Source: Massalongia carnosa (Eukaryota). Taken from it: a DNA stretch of 64,000 nucleotides. Made by a program: the position numbers and the translations under genes. Numbering within the stretch: position 1 is the stretch's first letter; each line of letters opens with the position of its first letter. The notes beneath the pieces were generated by a model. The model saw nothing but the letters and a program-made list of their open reading frames with translations. It ran no database searches and was not told where the DNA came from. This document shows positions 62,299 through 64,000 of the stretch, in pieces. The stretch lies in NCBI GenBank assembly GCA_965645245.1, contig OZ287084.1, positions 1,364,001 through 1,428,000 of the forward strand. The letters are read 5' to 3'.

Positions 62299-62697
62299 TA
62301 TTTTCAATTGGTCTGCGTTATAGAATAATAAAGAATTAATGAAAAAGAAAAATCTTGTGATATTTTAATTTTCATCGCGAATCGTTAGATTGCTTTTCGA
62401 TTTATAACTAAATTGTGCAACGATTATTTAAAAAGTTTTTTAATTAATTAGTAATTTATCTCGAGATTTTTCTTTACGTAAATTGTGCGTTAGTCTTTGA
62501 TATAAAACTGTATCCAACGCATCGACGACGTTTATGCTGAAAAGTATGACTACTTTATCTTTTTCTTGTCATTAAATCGCGTGAACCTGTTCGATTAATA
62601 ACTTTAGAGCTGATTCTGAAAATTTGTTATTTCTCGCTCTTATCTGTGTGTCGGGTAGAAGTCGATGTGATTTCGCTACATAGATTATTTTTGATCT

Positions 62698-62874
62698 AGT
62701 TTAAAGAAGTATCTCATCGCAGGTGATCGCATTGACTATATTGTCTAGTTACACAGTAAGGGGTTTATTGAAATTATCTCTCCGTGTTCAATGAACCCGG
62801 CTTAGCACCGATTGAGTGATACCCCCCCGTGACGCTAAATGTCGGGGGTATCAAGGAGCAGCCGCCAACTAACA
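62698..62874. mobile_element. Probable solo LTR (177 bp) with 5-bp TSD GATCT
   Basis: GATCT at 62693-62697 and 62875-62879; right end ...CTAACA, left end AGTTT (not canonical TG); LINE remnants lie on both sides. Confidence 0.62.
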
Positions 62875-63182
62875 GATCTTATAATAGATTTTATTACTTT
62901 GTTGAATAATGCAATTAATCGATAAGTCTTCGGCGTAATATAATTTCCTTTGTCTATACGCACGTCTGAAACAAAGATATTAATAATTCAATAAGTTTTT
63001 CCGCGCATGTCTTGAATACTCTATTAAATATGTCGTCCGGACTCGATGCTTTATCGAGTTTGAGTCTATGTAGGATCTTCGATACTTCTGATCTGATGAT
63101 GACAATGCGACAATGCTGAATAAAAGAATTCTTTTTTGGCTCTTAAGTCGATCGATAATAATGCTCCAAAGAAAATGCTTCT

Positions 63183-64000
63183 TGTTACGGTCTACCTAGA
63201 GGCTAGTCATAGGGACGCCATGAACGAGGGCGGTGAAGATAAAGAGGAAAGAAAGACTCGAAAATTTGGACTCGTTCCCTATAAAGCAACGCGCTCTATA
63301 GTCCCCATTTGTCAAGGACTGGGTTGGGAATTGAACTAATGTTCCTAGGAATTGGATTGGATGATCAAGATGTCTTTATTAATGAGGCTATAGCTAGGAG
63401 GTGGTTTGCTATACAAGACGTCGGACGAGGAGTCAGCTATCTACTGGATATGTCCTCTTTTTATACCTGAGCCAGCCCCTTCTTTCTCATGTTTACCTTC
63501 ACCCTAGATGAGAGATTTGGGTGATGGTGGCGGCGATAAGGTGGAGCGATAAGTGGGCCAGTGGATGTGATCGTTCTAGCGATAAGAGGGTGTAGTGGAG
63601 TGAGGAGATTGGTGGAGTGGAGTAAGGGGTTTATTCAGACTCATACCGAGGATGAATCTGAATAGGCTTTCAGGTGGCTTTTACCTCGATCGCCGCTTGG
63701 CGGTTCGGGGTAATCAATTGGGTTTTAACTCAAACTTTACTTCATGACAGTAGCTCCCCCTTCGAAGGCTGAGCTCCTGCGATGCTGGTTCAGTCATGAC
63801 ACTGACATCGAGGAATGAGACAAGGGATTATGTGAGGCCCTATGGCATGAGGGTAAGCTTCATGAAATTCATCGATTGCTTGCTGACAATTGGTTAGCAG
63901 GTTAAAAGGTTCCCATGTCATAGGATGTCCTTCCCAATTCACAAGATATTTGAGGAGCGGTGGTTGATAACGTCGATCCGTCTTTGAGTTGAGAATACTG
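63183..64000 (-). mobile_element. 3' end of a second gypsy chromovirus (chromodomain, PPT, 567-bp 3' LTR), truncated by the window edge
   Basis: Minus strand ILNSK...KYLVNWEG...TWEPF..LTNC..AIDEFH..YP, stop at 63790-63792; PPT GAAGGGGGAGCTAC abuts LTR TGTCATGA...CCGTAACA (63749-63183). Confidence 0.85.

Larger units (their letters stand above)
54350..63182 (-). mobile_element. Degenerate Tad1-like non-LTR retrotransposon (LINE), fragmented by nested insertions
   Basis: Minus-strand ORF2 remnants in correct order after removing inserts: DKASSPDDIFNRVFK, KTYRLIAL, HRLLPDTQ, LFYNADQL, GFVNSLNILTY, FAPTKYELI, VLGLQIDIKL, RQVYSAVVRP, TQIRIGKI, PACPC...QTPEHVIMIC; stop at 54573-54575; short (CAT)n tail near 54350-54360. 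Confidence 0.85.

Overview
Eukaryotic DNA from a filamentous ascomycete (Pezizomycotina-type GT..AG introns with CTRAC-like branch sites). The left ~40 kb is ordinary gene-sparse euchromatin: ERCC1/Rad10, CCC1/VIT1 vacuolar iron transporter, DUF1857/SRPBCC protein, GGCT-like protein, Emp24, a Myb/SANT-like hypothetical, a divergent 14-3-3-like protein, endopolyphosphatase Ppn1, a CFEM protein, a Tri101-type acyltransferase, an intron-hidden 8-Cys hydrophobin-like secreted protein and an aldo-keto reductase with an apparent signal peptide. From 40.8 to 46.5 kb there are decayed genes. At 47.3-54.3 kb is a compact candidate secondary-metabolite cassette: a DHA1 MFS exporter, an O-methyltransferase, and a divergently transcribed kynurenine 3-monooxygenase paralogue, with no backbone enzyme in the window. 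Directly after it (54.35-64 kb) is a nested transposon block that can be reconstructed from target-site duplications. One Tad1-like LINE is split by five solo-LTR-like inserts, a Fot1/pogo DNA transposon, a Ty3/gypsy chromovirus whose pol half is inverted relative to gag, and a second chromovirus running off the window edge. All assignments come from reading motifs by eye; no database searches were run.
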